From: an uncultured Rhodospirillaceae bacterium
Lineage (GTDB): Bacteria > Pseudomonadota > Alphaproteobacteria > CAAGCB01 > CAG-977
Reading direction: 5' to 3'
Length of the DNA stretch: 64,000 nucleotides
NCBI GenBank assembly: GCA_900550445.1
Contig: URSF01000008.1
Location: forward strand, 787 to 64,786
The translations under genes and the position numbers were made by a program. The first letter of the stretch is position 1. Every line of letters begins with the position of its first letter. Below are positions 54,765 through 64,000 of this stretch, one piece after another. The notes below the pieces were generated by a model that had not been told where the DNA came from, ran no database searches, and was given only the letters and a program-made list of their open reading frames with translations.

Positions 54765-55180
54765 TACTGTTTCTCCTTTAATTGAACCAATTCGACGATC
54801 ATCGAATTACGAAACGCCAGATAACACCATGCCGCAATATCGGTATTGTCTTCGTCAACATAAGTGATCGGAACTAAAAACATTCCGCCGTTTTCTCGGA
54901 TCATTTTTTCTGCGTCGGCATTAATATCATCACTGATATAGGCAAAATGAAAAATTTTGCGCTTGGCCTGCAAATGAGGACTGACAGGCCCTTCCTTATT
55001 CAGATTAGTCACCAGTTCCAAATCAGGTTGTCCTTCCGCTTTTAAAAATTGAACCTGAATTTCCGACGACACGTCCATCCGTTTTTCCCCGTTGGGCATA
55101 TAACCGAATAAGGAAAAAAAGCCGATGTCTTTATCAATGTTTTTTGAAGCAATCCCTATATGATGCAAAGCTTTAATCAT
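54764..55180 (-). CDS. VOC/glyoxalase-fold protein (epimerase-like)
   Basis: 138 aa. LHHIGIASKNIDK N-terminal metal-ligand motif, typical of methylmalonyl-CoA epimerase/glyoxalase I folds. Confidence 0.7.
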   Translation of the reverse strand: MIKALHHIGIASKNIDKDIGFFSLFGYMPNGEKRMDVSSEIQVQFLKAEGQPDLELVTNLNKEGPVSPHLQAKRKIFHFAYISDDINADAEKMIRENGGMFLVPITYVDEDNTDIAAWCYLAFRNSMIVELVQLKEKQ

Positions 55181-55395
55181 AATCCGGCCTTTTTCGCAAT
55201 ATCTCCGATTGTTGTGACTTCATGATAATCTTTCATGGTCGTCTTGACGCCGAACGATTTTTCCAAAAAAGCCATCGTTGCCATTACGGACAAAGAATCC
55301 CATTCATCCAAATCTTCCAAAACCGTTTCGTAAGACAAATCTTCTTCTGTCTGCAAAACATCTTGCATTTCCGCCAAAAATTCTTCTTTAGTCAT
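55177..55395 (-). CDS. acyl carrier protein
   Basis: 72 aa. Phosphopantetheine site EWDSLSVMATM. Confidence 0.85.
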   Translation of the reverse strand: MTKEEFLAEMQDVLQTEEDLSYETVLEDLDEWDSLSVMATMAFLEKSFGVKTTMKDYHEVTTIGDIAKKAGL

Positions 55396-56536
55396 GTTCT
55401 TCTCCTTTAAAGTAGTTTATCCAATTCATAATTTGTTCCGATCGCGTTTTTCCGTTTTTCGGAACGGTGTAAGTTGAAATGCCTCCGTTGTACATTTCTG
55501 ATAAATCAACCGCCGCTCCGCCCCATGACAATCCGATCCCGAATGTGCAAAGAACCGTGTTTCCGATTGTTTTTCCGACAGCTTGATCACATAAAACCGT
55601 CACGACTGAATTAACCGAATTATTTGCATATCTTGAAAAGGTTTCTGTCGGTGCTTTTTCAAACGGTATTCCCGCTTTCGCAACGATCATTTCGACAATT
55701 TGTTTGTTTGCCTGATGAATGGCAAACAAATCAACGTCTTGTATCGTCCAAGCTGCGGCATTCATCGTATCCGACAATAACTTGGGAGCGACTTCCATTG
55801 TGAAATTAAAAACGTCTTCTCCTTTCATCAATCCCTGATCCGCAGTCCAAATGTTGCCGTTTCCGTCTACCACGGAAAGATCAAAGTCTTTTTTTTGGTA
55901 CGGCAAACGTTGCCCGCCGAACGGGTGGATTATTTTGTCCCAGTTCTTTCCGTCAGTCCCGGTGACGAAAAATGACTTGGGCGCTCCTTTCTCATATTTT
56001 AAAATTGTCGCGGATACGGCGTCTCCGAAAACAGGCGCTATTTTTCTGTTTTGAACCCGTATGTCATGAGCGGGATTATCTCCGGTCAACAACAAAGCCG
56101 TTTTAAAAGCTCCGGACGACATTAATCCCGATGCACACATCAAAGCATGTACATATCCGGAACAGCCCAGATTGATGCTTAAACAGGTACAGCTTTTGTT
56201 CAGTTCCAACAAACCGTGAACGATACAGGCATCGCTGGGACGCGGATAATCCGGATTTTGATTAACGAAAATCAGTAAATCTATTTCATCGGGAGAAATT
56301 CCCATTTCCTGTAATAACTTAACAGCAGCGTCTGTCGCCATATCCGTAACGGTTGTGTTTTGATCGGCAATATACCGTTTCCCGTATCCGATCATTTTTT
56401 TTGCGCGCGCCAATTTTTTTGGATTATCGTCAAAATATTCCAGTTCGTCATCAATATTGACACAGTGTTCCGGAATAACAGTTTTTATTCCTTTTATTTG
56501 AATATTTTCAAAACAAGTCGTTGTCATGACGGTCAC
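55388..56536 (-). CDS. KAS III (FabH)-like condensing enzyme, copy 1
   Basis: 382 aa. Cys in NLGCSGYVHA, His in IHQANKQIV, Asn in YANNSVNSV. Confidence 0.85.
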   Translation of the reverse strand: MTVMTTTCFENIQIKGIKTVIPEHCVNIDDELEYFDDNPKKLARAKKMIGYGKRYIADQNTTVTDMATDAAVKLLQEMGISPDEIDLLIFVNQNPDYPRPSDACIVHGLLELNKSCTCLSINLGCSGYVHALMCASGLMSSGAFKTALLLTGDNPAHDIRVQNRKIAPVFGDAVSATILKYEKGAPKSFFVTGTDGKNWDKIIHPFGGQRLPYQKKDFDLSVVDGNGNIWTADQGLMKGEDVFNFTMEVAPKLLSDTMNAAAWTIQDVDLFAIHQANKQIVEMIVAKAGIPFEKAPTETFSRYANNSVNSVVTVLCDQAVGKTIGNTVLCTFGIGLSWGGAAVDLSEMYNGGISTYTVPKNGKTRSEQIMNWINYFKGEEHD

Positions 56537-56539
56537 CCA

Positions 56540-57271
56540 TTAAAAACTGCAACAATCCAGAACGTAATTTTGTCCTGTTATCCAAGAAGCTTCTTTAGAA
56601 AGTAAAAATGCCGCCAGCTCTGCCACATCGATCGGTTCACCGAAACCCATCGGATATTGTTGTATCTGCGAATCAATATATTCCTGCGGAGATTTCGATG
56701 TGCGAATATTAGAAGGCAGAATACAGTTCATCCGAATTTTATTTTTTGCATACTCCTTAGCCATAGATTTAACGGCCGCACATAAAGCCGCTTTGCTGCC
56801 GGCATAGGCTAAGTGCCCTTTATCTGAAATATAAGCTGCGGCAGACGACAAGAAAACCATCGAAGTACCCGCACCGATATTGTTTCGTTTATCGGCCATT
56901 CCCTTAGCCAAAAAAATTGGAGCCAAATAATTAATATTCAGTGTGTTTTGTACGGTGTTTATATCTGTTATTGCCAAAGGCTGAATTGGAACAACGCCCG
57001 CGCAGTAAACCATTCCGCTGAATTTACCATATTTTTCTTTCAACTTTTTAACATAAGAGGATAAGTCTTCAATATTCGCCGTTAAATCTTTCTGCTCAAC
57101 AAAAACATTTTCCGGACGGAAGGCATTTGATTTCATTTCGTTCAACCGCCCTGTATCCCGTCCGATACCGATAACCGTTGCTCCCAGTCGATTTAGAAAC
57201 AAAGCGATTTCTTTTCCTATTCCGGAAGAAGCTCCTGTTATAATAAAGCGTTGTTTTGATGAAAATAACAT
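56540..57271 (-). CDS. SDR-family oxidoreductase
   Basis: TGASSGIG and YAGSKAA. Confidence 0.9.
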   Translation of the reverse strand: MLFSSKQRFIITGASSGIGKEIALFLNRLGATVIGIGRDTGRLNEMKSNAFRPENVFVEQKDLTANIEDLSSYVKKLKEKYGKFSGMVYCAGVVPIQPLAITDINTVQNTLNINYLAPIFLAKGMADKRNNIGAGTSMVFLSSAAAYISDKGHLAYAGSKAALCAAVKSMAKEYAKNKIRMNCILPSNIRTSKSPQEYIDSQIQQYPMGFGEPIDVAELAAFLLSKEASWITGQNYVLDCCSF

Positions 57272-57294
57272 TTAAAATAACTCTCTTTAAAAGA

Positions 57295-58395
57295 TCATAT
57301 TTTTTTTAGCATATTTTTCAGAAGATTATATTTCTTCTTGTTTTTTTTGCATTTTTTTCCAAAAGTAATAATTGAAAGAATTCTATATACAATGCTTCCT
57401 CCCTTTAATACTTTTTTTATCAGTTTTGGGTTGTTCAAAATTTGATATGTAAGTCCTTCTTCGATTGAAGACAAATCTTCTTGATCATAAGGACGATTTG
57501 ACCAGTCATAATAAGATCCTCTATTTCTTATCAATCTTTCAATTACGTCGTATTTCCCGAAATAAATAGAGGCCAAAACAATATTATGAATAATTTCTGC
57601 TCTTTTATTATCAATTTCCATGCCGAAACGTTCCTGACATTCATCTAGAAAAGCCAAAAATGTTTCTCCTCTGTGCAACCAAAAACGGTTTGTTGAAAAA
57701 GGATCACAAAGCAGCCGACCGAACCAAATACCGTTTTTTTGAACACGCCATACGGACATTTCTTTTTTTATAAATCCGAAATTTCCTTTCTGCAAATGTG
57801 ACAGGTGCATAAACCAATCACCCGGATCTATATTACGTTTCGGCCACCAGTCCTCTATTTTATCGTCCGTCCTGTTAAATCGCCAGCGATACATAATACT
57901 GGCATTTGAAATAAAGTTTTCTTGTTCCAGCAGATCTTTTAAGGTAATAACATCAGGATTCCCGGGTATTTCAGGACATTTTACTATATCCGCATGAGAG
58001 CCATCTGAAAAAACAGTTTTATGTTGATGGAAACAGCCTGCAAAATCAGGATGGGAATCTAAAAAATCAACCTGCATTTGCAGTTTATTCGGATCAGTCC
58101 AATAATCATCTCCTTCACAATTCGCAAAATATTCACAATCGACGGCTTTCCAGCTATCGGAATAATTTTCCTGAGCGTTTGTATTTACTGTTCGTAATAA
58201 TGGTTTAATAATGTCGGGATATTTTTGGGCATATTCCTTAATAATTTCCTGAGTCCCATCGGTTGAAGCGTCATCATTCACATGAACTTCAAAAGGAAAG
58301 TTCGTTTTTTGCATGACGAAACCTTCCAAGGCATCTCGAATATAATTTACTTGATTATACGTGCAGCAATTTACATAAACGCGAGGTTTGTTCAT
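57295..58395 (-). CDS. family 2 glycosyltransferase
   Basis: 366 aa. N-terminal GT-A fold with CCTYNQVNYIRDALEGF...HVNDDASTDGT and a DxD-like GDDYW. Confidence 0.85.
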   Translation of the reverse strand: MNKPRVYVNCCTYNQVNYIRDALEGFVMQKTNFPFEVHVNDDASTDGTQEIIKEYAQKYPDIIKPLLRTVNTNAQENYSDSWKAVDCEYFANCEGDDYWTDPNKLQMQVDFLDSHPDFAGCFHQHKTVFSDGSHADIVKCPEIPGNPDVITLKDLLEQENFISNASIMYRWRFNRTDDKIEDWWPKRNIDPGDWFMHLSHLQKGNFGFIKKEMSVWRVQKNGIWFGRLLCDPFSTNRFWLHRGETFLAFLDECQERFGMEIDNKRAEIIHNIVLASIYFGKYDVIERLIRNRGSYYDWSNRPYDQEDLSSIEEGLTYQILNNPKLIKKVLKGGSIVYRILSIITFGKKCKKNKKKYNLLKNMLKKI

Positions 58396-58397
58396 TT

Positions 58398-58946
58398 TTA
58401 TTCACCCCTTACCCAATTGAAAAATTTTTCTTTTTGTGAATTAAAAATATCTTTTTTCAAAATAAAATATATTTCATTTTCATCTTCACCGACAACTTCG
58501 TGTCCTGTAATTTTATGCCATCGAATGACTTTTTTATTTGTTTTCAAAACATCACACTTCTTTATTTCCATTCCCAAAACATTGAATGCGTATCCGTCAC
58601 CCAACAAGGGGGCTTCCAGCATTTCTTCTGCAGAACTGCCGTCCTGCATTGCCCAACGACCTCCCGTATAAGAAGTTCCTTCAATGTTATAAATTGATGT
58701 CATACCGATCGGTTCATGATTTTTGTTTTCAATAATAAGTAGATATTCAGATTCGCTTTCCGTGCTTTTACGGATAAACGTTTTTTGTCGTTCAATATCG
58801 TTCAACACGGCGTGACAAAAACATTTTGCTTTTTTGGGATTATTTCTTAAAGCCAACATAAATTCGGCATCTTGTTGTGTAGCCAAACGAAGATTGACAA
58901 ATTTTCCTTGTAATGTTTCCGGCTTTTGTAAAGTTTTCATTTTCAA
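58398..58946 (-). CDS. GNAT N-acyltransferase (RimJ/RimL-like), paralog 1
   Basis: 182 aa. Paralogous to 60321-60854 (GKFVNLR/GKYVNLR, SIYNI, GRWAM/GRWCM blocks). Confidence 0.75.
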   Translation of the reverse strand: MKMKTLQKPETLQGKFVNLRLATQQDAEFMLALRNNPKKAKCFCHAVLNDIERQKTFIRKSTESESEYLLIIENKNHEPIGMTSIYNIEGTSYTGGRWAMQDGSSAEEMLEAPLLGDGYAFNVLGMEIKKCDVLKTNKKVIRWHKITGHEVVGEDENEIYFILKKDIFNSQKEKFFNWVRGE

Positions 58947-59164
58947 CCTGTCAATTTATGATTCAATCGGTATCGGGGATTAAAAAATCTAAAATCCGCC
59001 GGAATAAAATTGATTCTTTTTTGAATACCGCCGTCACCCCATAACCAATCAAAAGGTCCGGCTTTTTTTCTTAACTTCAAAACCAACATTGCTGCAGTCG
59101 GGCAAGCTTGTCCCGACGAAATAACCGCATCATATTGTTTCGGGTTTTCAGACGCAAACATCAA
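58943..59164 (-). pseudogene. 73-aa N-terminal fragment of a DUF1796-like protein
   Basis: ISSGQACPTAAMLVLKLRKKAGPFDWLWG resembles the N-terminus of 62597-63352 ([14 protein letters not shown]...GLFSW), but the ORF stops after 73 codons at the GNAT start. Confidence 0.35.
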
Positions 59165-59170
59165 GCCCTC

Positions 59171-60304
59171 TCATTTTGCGTATTTTTTAACCATTTCAGC
59201 GACATATGTCACATCGTCATGTGTTAAACGCATATGCAGGGGTAACGACAAAGTATGTTCGGAAGCGTGCAAAGAATTCGGACAGGTTCCTTTGGCATAA
59301 GCGTACATTTTGTATTCAGTGTTATCACGATAATGAACGCCAGGGAAAATGCCGACTTCATTCAAAGAAAGCAATAATTCGTCTCTGTTTTCAACTAAAA
59401 TCTGATATAAATGACGTGAGGATTCACAATTTGGAGCGCACGGAATAGAACGAACTTTGTTGCAGTTTTCAAAGGCTGCATCATACCAACCAGCCATCGT
59501 GCGGCGATAAGCATTATCTCTGTCCAAATATTTTAATGAAACCAAACCGATTGAAGCCATTATAGAATTACCGTGATCTTTATGTCCGATATATTCAACA
59601 TCGTATTTCCATTTATATGCACCGCCGCCGGCAGATCGAGCAAAAGTATCTTTGTTAATACCCAGCCATGATTTTTTACGCACAATTTCATCATTTTCGG
59701 CGTCTTTAAAACAGATCATACCGCTATCGCCTGTCGGACAATTTTTAACAGCCTGATATGAATATATAATAACATCGGCATCTGTTCCGGGCAAAGAACC
59801 GTCCGTATAGCGTGTTCCCGCCATATGAGCCGCATCCAAAATTAGTTTTAAACCCCGTTCTTTACAAATTTTTGCAATATCGGCGTAGCGTCTGGTATTT
59901 CCGCCTAAACCAACGAACATAACGGCCTTTGTTTTGGCGGTAATTCGTTCTTCAACGGATTTCGGGTCTAAACACAGGTATTCGTCAACATCTGCAAAAA
60001 CGACTTTCATCTTGTTATATAAAATAGCATGATTCGTCGAAACGAATGTCATTGGTGTCGATATGATTTCGTCACCGTCCTGCCAACCGTTTTGTTCTTT
60101 TAAAACATTAACAGCCAAGTCTAATCCGACAGTTGCGGAATTTAAATAATGAGCATGGGGCAAACCAGTATATTCTTTCCATTTTTCTTCCAACTGAATG
60201 GTTTTAAAACCTAATCCGGTCCATCCTTTTTCTAAGCATTCTCGAATTTCTTCTAAACATTCTTCTGTTCTGAAAGTAGGAACAAACAATTGAATTTGTT
60301 TCAT
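59171..60304 (-). CDS. DegT/DnrJ/EryC1-type PLP-dependent sugar aminotransferase
   Basis: 377 aa. Candidate PLP-Lys in YSYQAVKNCPTGDSG. DAAHMAG block. Confidence 0.9.
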   Translation of the reverse strand: MKQIQLFVPTFRTEECLEEIRECLEKGWTGLGFKTIQLEEKWKEYTGLPHAHYLNSATVGLDLAVNVLKEQNGWQDGDEIISTPMTFVSTNHAILYNKMKVVFADVDEYLCLDPKSVEERITAKTKAVMFVGLGGNTRRYADIAKICKERGLKLILDAAHMAGTRYTDGSLPGTDADVIIYSYQAVKNCPTGDSGMICFKDAENDEIVRKKSWLGINKDTFARSAGGGAYKWKYDVEYIGHKDHGNSIMASIGLVSLKYLDRDNAYRRTMAGWYDAAFENCNKVRSIPCAPNCESSRHLYQILVENRDELLLSLNEVGIFPGVHYRDNTEYKMYAYAKGTCPNSLHASEHTLSLPLHMRLTHDDVTYVAEMVKKYAK

Positions 60305-60320
60305 TTTTTTCTCCTTTTTT

Positions 60321-60854
60321 TTATAAAAGGTCTAAAAACCGCTGTTTGTTTTGATTAAACATGTCACGCGTCATTTCAAAAAAGATATCTTCTTTACCTT
60401 CTTTGATATAACGAGTTCCCCATATTTCATGGTAGCGCAGTACTTTTTTATTGTTTTTTCGGACGTCATAGTAATCTTTACGCAAATTCAGAACGTTAAA
60501 AGCGTAGTTCCATCCGAGAATAGAGCTTTCCAGAACTTCTTCCGGTAAAGAATGTTCAACCATACACCAACGACCGCTGGTAAATTCATCTTCATGAATA
60601 TTATATATGGAAACTGTCCCCAAAGGCGTTCCGTCTTTGCGTTCTATGATAAAATAGTATTCATTGTCCAAAGTCAGATATCGTTTGATATAATCAATTT
60701 GCTTTTGTAAATTATTTTCTGTTTTATGAAGAAATTTTACCGCTTTACCTGTAGTGCGCAGCTGCAAGATAAAAGCCGCGTCGTCAATGGTTACTTCGCG
60801 CAGATTAACGTACTTTCCTTCGATCGGTTTGAAATCATGCGTATTTTTAATCAT
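60321..60854 (-). CDS. GNAT N-acyltransferase, paralog 2
   Basis: 177 aa. See 58398-58946. Confidence 0.75.
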   Translation of the reverse strand: MIKNTHDFKPIEGKYVNLREVTIDDAAFILQLRTTGKAVKFLHKTENNLQKQIDYIKRYLTLDNEYYFIIERKDGTPLGTVSIYNIHEDEFTSGRWCMVEHSLPEEVLESSILGWNYAFNVLNLRKDYYDVRKNNKKVLRYHEIWGTRYIKEGKEDIFFEMTRDMFNQNKQRFLDLL

Positions 60855-61713
60855 GAAGTTCCTCGTTTAGAAAAGTTTGATAATCCCGTATGTAATCAGC
60901 TTCGCTGTAATAATCAGACGCCAGAACCAGCAATACGCAATCTGATGAAAAGTCGTGCATTTCCCGCCAGACAAGACCTTCAATAAACAGTCCCTTTGCC
61001 GGATGATCCAGTAAAAATTCTTCTGTTTTATTTTTGTACTCGCATTTGATTTTTACGCCGCCGGAAACGGCGATCAAAAGCTGCTTTAAATCCCGATGAG
61101 CGTGTTTGCCTCGAGACACACCTGTTTTTGTGTCAAAGATATAATAAACGCGTTTGACGTTAAACGGCAGATTTTTCCCGTTTTCCAATGCAATCAATGA
61201 ACCGCGATCATCGCCATGAACGTCTAAGGACATTAAAGAGACTTTGGGGGCAGTTTTCTTTTGAGAAAATTGAATTGTATTGCCTATGACAACCGCATCG
61301 GCAGGAACGTTTTTCGTAACAACGGATCCGGCGCCGATAATTGAATTTTCCCCGATTGTTAATCCGGGAAGAATGGTCGCGTTCGCGCCGATCGACGCCC
61401 CTTTTTTTATCAAAGTCCTTTCTAACAGAAAGTGACTGTTACCGGAACGGGGATATCTGTCATTGCAAAAAGTGACGTTTGATCCGATAAAAACGTTGTC
61501 TTCCAATGTAATGCCGTTCCACAACTGAACGCCGCATTTGACCGTTACGTTGTTGCCGATCAAAACGTCATTTTCTATAAAACAATGCGAACAAATATTA
61601 CAGCCCGAACCTATCCGCGCATTTGGCAAAACGACGCAATATTGCCAGATCTTAGTGCTGTCCCCAATATTTTCAGATTGAACATCTGACAAAGAATGGA
61701 TGAAAATACTCAT
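60847..61713 (-). CDS. bifunctional hexapeptide N-acetyltransferase / sugar 3,4-ketoisomerase (FdtC-FdtA, WxcM/FdtD-like)
   Basis: 288 aa. The N-terminal left-handed beta-helix repeats end at about residue 150. The C-terminal cupin has LDVHGDDRGSLIALE...VKRVYYIFD...RGKHAHR. Confidence 0.8.
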   Translation of the reverse strand: MSIFIHSLSDVQSENIGDSTKIWQYCVVLPNARIGSGCNICSHCFIENDVLIGNNVTVKCGVQLWNGITLEDNVFIGSNVTFCNDRYPRSGNSHFLLERTLIKKGASIGANATILPGLTIGENSIIGAGSVVTKNVPADAVVIGNTIQFSQKKTAPKVSLMSLDVHGDDRGSLIALENGKNLPFNVKRVYYIFDTKTGVSRGKHAHRDLKQLLIAVSGGVKIKCEYKNKTEEFLLDHPAKGLFIEGLVWREMHDFSSDCVLLVLASDYYSEADYIRDYQTFLNEELHD

Positions 61714-62594
61714 TTTTTTCCCCGGATAAAATTACGTACTTTTTTCCATTTGGCGCGCCAACCGAAACGTTTGCACCACTGCCGCTTCCACTGCTTTTTA
61801 TATCCGTGAGTAAAGCAATATTCTTTTTCATGCTTGTAAATTTGATGATAAATTTCTAATGTTTTGGCTTTAAATTCGGGATTGGAAACTGTATTGTTTC
61901 CGTGCCAGCGATAAGAAAACAAAATTTCGGGAATATATTTATATTTGCCGATCTTGGTCAGCTGAAGATGCATATACCAATCTTCCAAAAAAATGCTTTC
62001 ATCAAATTTACCGGCGTCAAGCATCGCTTGCCTTGAATATAAATATCCGTTCGGAATGTAATTCCCTTTTAACAAGTCCGCGTAAGAACCGAACTGCGGA
62101 TGTCTGTTATCATCGGGATTGATATGCAATTCGTCTCCAAATGTTTTATAGACGGCCTGATTTTCGAGTACGATTTCTCTGTTTTTTCCCCAATAAACAC
62201 GTTTTGAATCCGCATCTATGATTTCGTTGTCTCCGACAGCCAGAACATAATCCGGATTCTTCATCAAAAAAGTGCAAAGCGTTTCTATCGCATGCGGTTT
62301 TGCAACGTCGTCAGACGCTATCGTGAAAATATATTTTCCCCGCGCCATATCTATCAATTTATTGCCGGTGATTTTTGTTCCTTGATTTTTTTGCGTTTCA
62401 AAAACGACCCTGACAAACCGTTTTTCACATTCGGGTTTCAGAGATTGCAAAATCTCAAAAGTCCTGTCTGTTGACCCGTCGTCAATGACCAGCAATTCGA
62501 TGTTTTCATAAGTCTGCGCGATAATGGAGCGGATACATTCTTCGATGTATCGTTCATGGTTGTAAGCGGATATCGTTACGGAAACCAGATCCAT
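61710..62594 (-). CDS. family 2 glycosyltransferase
   Basis: 294 aa. VSVTISAYNHERYIEECIRSI...LVIDDGSTDRT, then ASDDV. Confidence 0.85.
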   Translation of the reverse strand: MDLVSVTISAYNHERYIEECIRSIIAQTYENIELLVIDDGSTDRTFEILQSLKPECEKRFVRVVFETQKNQGTKITGNKLIDMARGKYIFTIASDDVAKPHAIETLCTFLMKNPDYVLAVGDNEIIDADSKRVYWGKNREIVLENQAVYKTFGDELHINPDDNRHPQFGSYADLLKGNYIPNGYLYSRQAMLDAGKFDESIFLEDWYMHLQLTKIGKYKYIPEILFSYRWHGNNTVSNPEFKAKTLEIYHQIYKHEKEYCFTHGYKKQWKRQWCKRFGWRAKWKKVRNFIRGKK

Positions 62595-62596
62595 GT

Positions 62597-63352
62597 TTAA
62601 TCTTCCTCGAACTTATATTTTTTTGTTTTTTTGAGTTTGAATGCCGGCGCGAATTCTTTAAAAATTTTTTTCCAGGCTTTTCTGTCGTTTTTCTTGTCCG
62701 TTACTTTGTTTTCGGGCGTAAAAAAATCGACCCGCCGGATAAAAATATGTCCGTTCGCAAATTTACTTTCCGTCAATTCCGCAAAAGTTGATTTCTGCAG
62801 CACAATCAACAAATCAAATTCATTTTTAATTTGCTGTTTAAGCGTTTCATACAGTTCCGTTACCTGCCGGCAAAAAACGTTTTCATCGGTTTCGTCATGA
62901 ATTGAATATTTGTAAATATAGAGATTTTTTTTGCCGTCCCGGCCTATGGTTTTAAACTTTTCTTTTAAATAAGCCGTTCTGGTTGTTAAATCGGCTTTGT
63001 CCGCGTTCAAAGTTTCAATGTCTGTCGTATCTGTCATTTGAGTGCGGCCGTGAAAAAATACGGACGAATTCAGGTCTTTCCACATCGGGGGAACGGCTTC
63101 CCATTCGCCTGTGCCGATCCTGTCAAAATCTTTTAAAGCCCGGGTTAAAGTGGAGATATTTGTATTGTTCGTCCAGGAAAAAAGGCCGGATTCCACAAAT
63201 CTGTACTGCTGGAAAAACTGAAACGACGGTTCACAGTTATATCCCAAAGACTGGATATGACCGTAACGTCTGACGTTTTTTGAACGAAACAGATTAAATA
63301 TGTTCATTATTGGTTTGCCGGATCGGTATGGGTTATCTGTATTCATTGACAA
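62597..63352 (-). CDS. DUF1796-like hypothetical protein
   Basis: 251 aa. N-terminal [15 protein letters not shown]...GLFSW pattern as I recall it for DUF1796. Lys-rich tail. Confidence 0.5.
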   Translation of the reverse strand: MSMNTDNPYRSGKPIMNIFNLFRSKNVRRYGHIQSLGYNCEPSFQFFQQYRFVESGLFSWTNNTNISTLTRALKDFDRIGTGEWEAVPPMWKDLNSSVFFHGRTQMTDTTDIETLNADKADLTTRTAYLKEKFKTIGRDGKKNLYIYKYSIHDETDENVFCRQVTELYETLKQQIKNEFDLLIVLQKSTFAELTESKFANGHIFIRRVDFFTPENKVTDKKNDRKAWKKIFKEFAPAFKLKKTKKYKFEED

Positions 63353-64000
63353 TCCTTACGATTTCTTTTATTTCCGCGCCGGTCATGACGGGGGATATCG
63401 GCAAAGAAATAATTGTCCGGTGAATTTCTTCGCTGATCGGGTAAGACCGGTCGTTCCATTCGGCATAGGCTTCTTGTTTATGCGGCGGAGTCGGGTAATG
63501 AATGATCGTCTGTACGCCTTTGTCGGTCAGGTACTGCTGAAAACGCTCACGTTCCCGTGTGCGTACGACAAAAACATGCCACACTGCGGCTTTTTCATCA
63601 TAAGTTTGCGGCAGGATAATCAGCGGATTGGTAATATTTTTTCTGTAATACGACGCGATTTCGCGGCGGCGCGCGTTGTCCGCGTCCAAATGCGGCAGTT
63701 TGACGTCCAGCACCGCCGCCTGCAGTTCGTCTAAACGGCTGTTCGTGCCTTTGTAAATGTGGTGATATTTTCTGTCCGAGCCGTAATTCGCCAAAGCTTT
63801 GACTTTTTTATACACGTTTTCATCGTTTGTCACGACTGCGCCGCCGTCGCCCATGCAGCCGAGATTTTTACCCGGATAAAACGAAAACGCCCCCGCGTCC
63901 GACAAATTGCCGACGCGTTTGTTCTGATAAAACGCCCCGTGCGCCTGCGCGCAGTCTTCAAATACTTTCAAACCGTATTTTTTGGCGATTTCCCAAACCT
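63333..64000 (-). CDS. DegT-type sugar aminotransferase (5' end outside the window)
   Basis: The reading frame stays open to the window edge. [18 protein letters not shown] (PLP-Lys) and IISLPISP blocks. Confidence 0.85.
   Translation of the reverse strand, partial: VWEIAKKYGLKVFEDCAQAHGAFYQNKRVGNLSDAGAFSFYPGKNLGCMGDGGAVVTNDENVYKKVKALANYGSDRKYHHIYKGTNSRLDELQAAVLDVKLPHLDADNARRREIASYYRKNITNPLIILPQTYDEKAAVWHVFVVRTRERERFQQYLTDKGVQTIIHYPTPPHKQEAYAEWNDRSYPISEEIHRTIISLPISPVMTGAEIKEIVRIVNEYR

Noticed and set aside
57296-57360. A/T homopolymer tracts (7-8 nt) at the 3' ends of the GT2 gene and of 62597-63352, and near the 5' end of the Rep-like gene, as slipped-strand phase-variation switches
   Set aside because: The tracts encode Lys-rich terminal tails, are short, and would only alter the last few residues. 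Without population data there is no support for phase variation.

Overview
This 64-kb chromosomal window comes from a Gram-negative bacterium. It has TolC/MacAB-type efflux, a lipobox lipoprotein and a Tat signal. The LysM-psd-pssA synteny and the LepA sequence look alphaproteobacterial, and the DNA is moderately AT-rich. There are four blocks. (1) 1-21.2 kb is core: LysM protein, psd, pssA, a tolC-macA-macB efflux operon, an alkaline-phosphatase-like lipoprotein whose metal ligands look lost, a MATE exporter, two tandem paralogous ~750-aa polytopic membrane proteins, a Tat-signal aldo/keto reductase, a LysR::alpha/beta-hydrolase chimeric ORF, tRNA-Ser(GGA) with a degenerate tandem copy, lepA and marC. 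(2) 21.26-42.79 kb is a ~21.5-kb integrative island in the 3' end of tRNA-Gln(CTG). It is bounded by an 18-nt att core and carries a large tyrosine integrase, a possible HUH-Rep-like protein plus minimal SF1 helicase module, a DUF4143 ATPase cassette bracketed by a 20-22-bp palindrome, a FimB-sized tyrosine recombinase, two small orphan operons and a composite type I R-M operon. That operon reads half-hsdS, hsdM, OLD-family ATPase-TOPRIM nuclease, hsdS, 319-aa orphan, hsdR, DUF45 peptidase. I rate this operon the best candidate for an undescribed defence arrangement. (3) 42.78-44.76 kb holds a second, degenerate att plus integrase 5' stub, followed by an orphan T7-like tail fibre and tail-fibre assembly chaperone. 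(4) From 44.77 kb to beyond 64 kb runs one long minus-strand glycan operon. It encodes 3-amino-3,6-dideoxyhexose enzymes (FdtC/FdtA fusion, two DegT), GT2s and GNATs. It also contains an unusually elaborate acyl-chain module: 2 ACPs, 2 KAS-III-like enzymes, 3 SDRs, a VOC protein, a split transketolase, an adenylating ligase, LuxE-like and LuxC-like enzymes, and a membrane O-acyltransferase. All functional calls rest on reading motifs in the supplied translations by eye. No searches were run.
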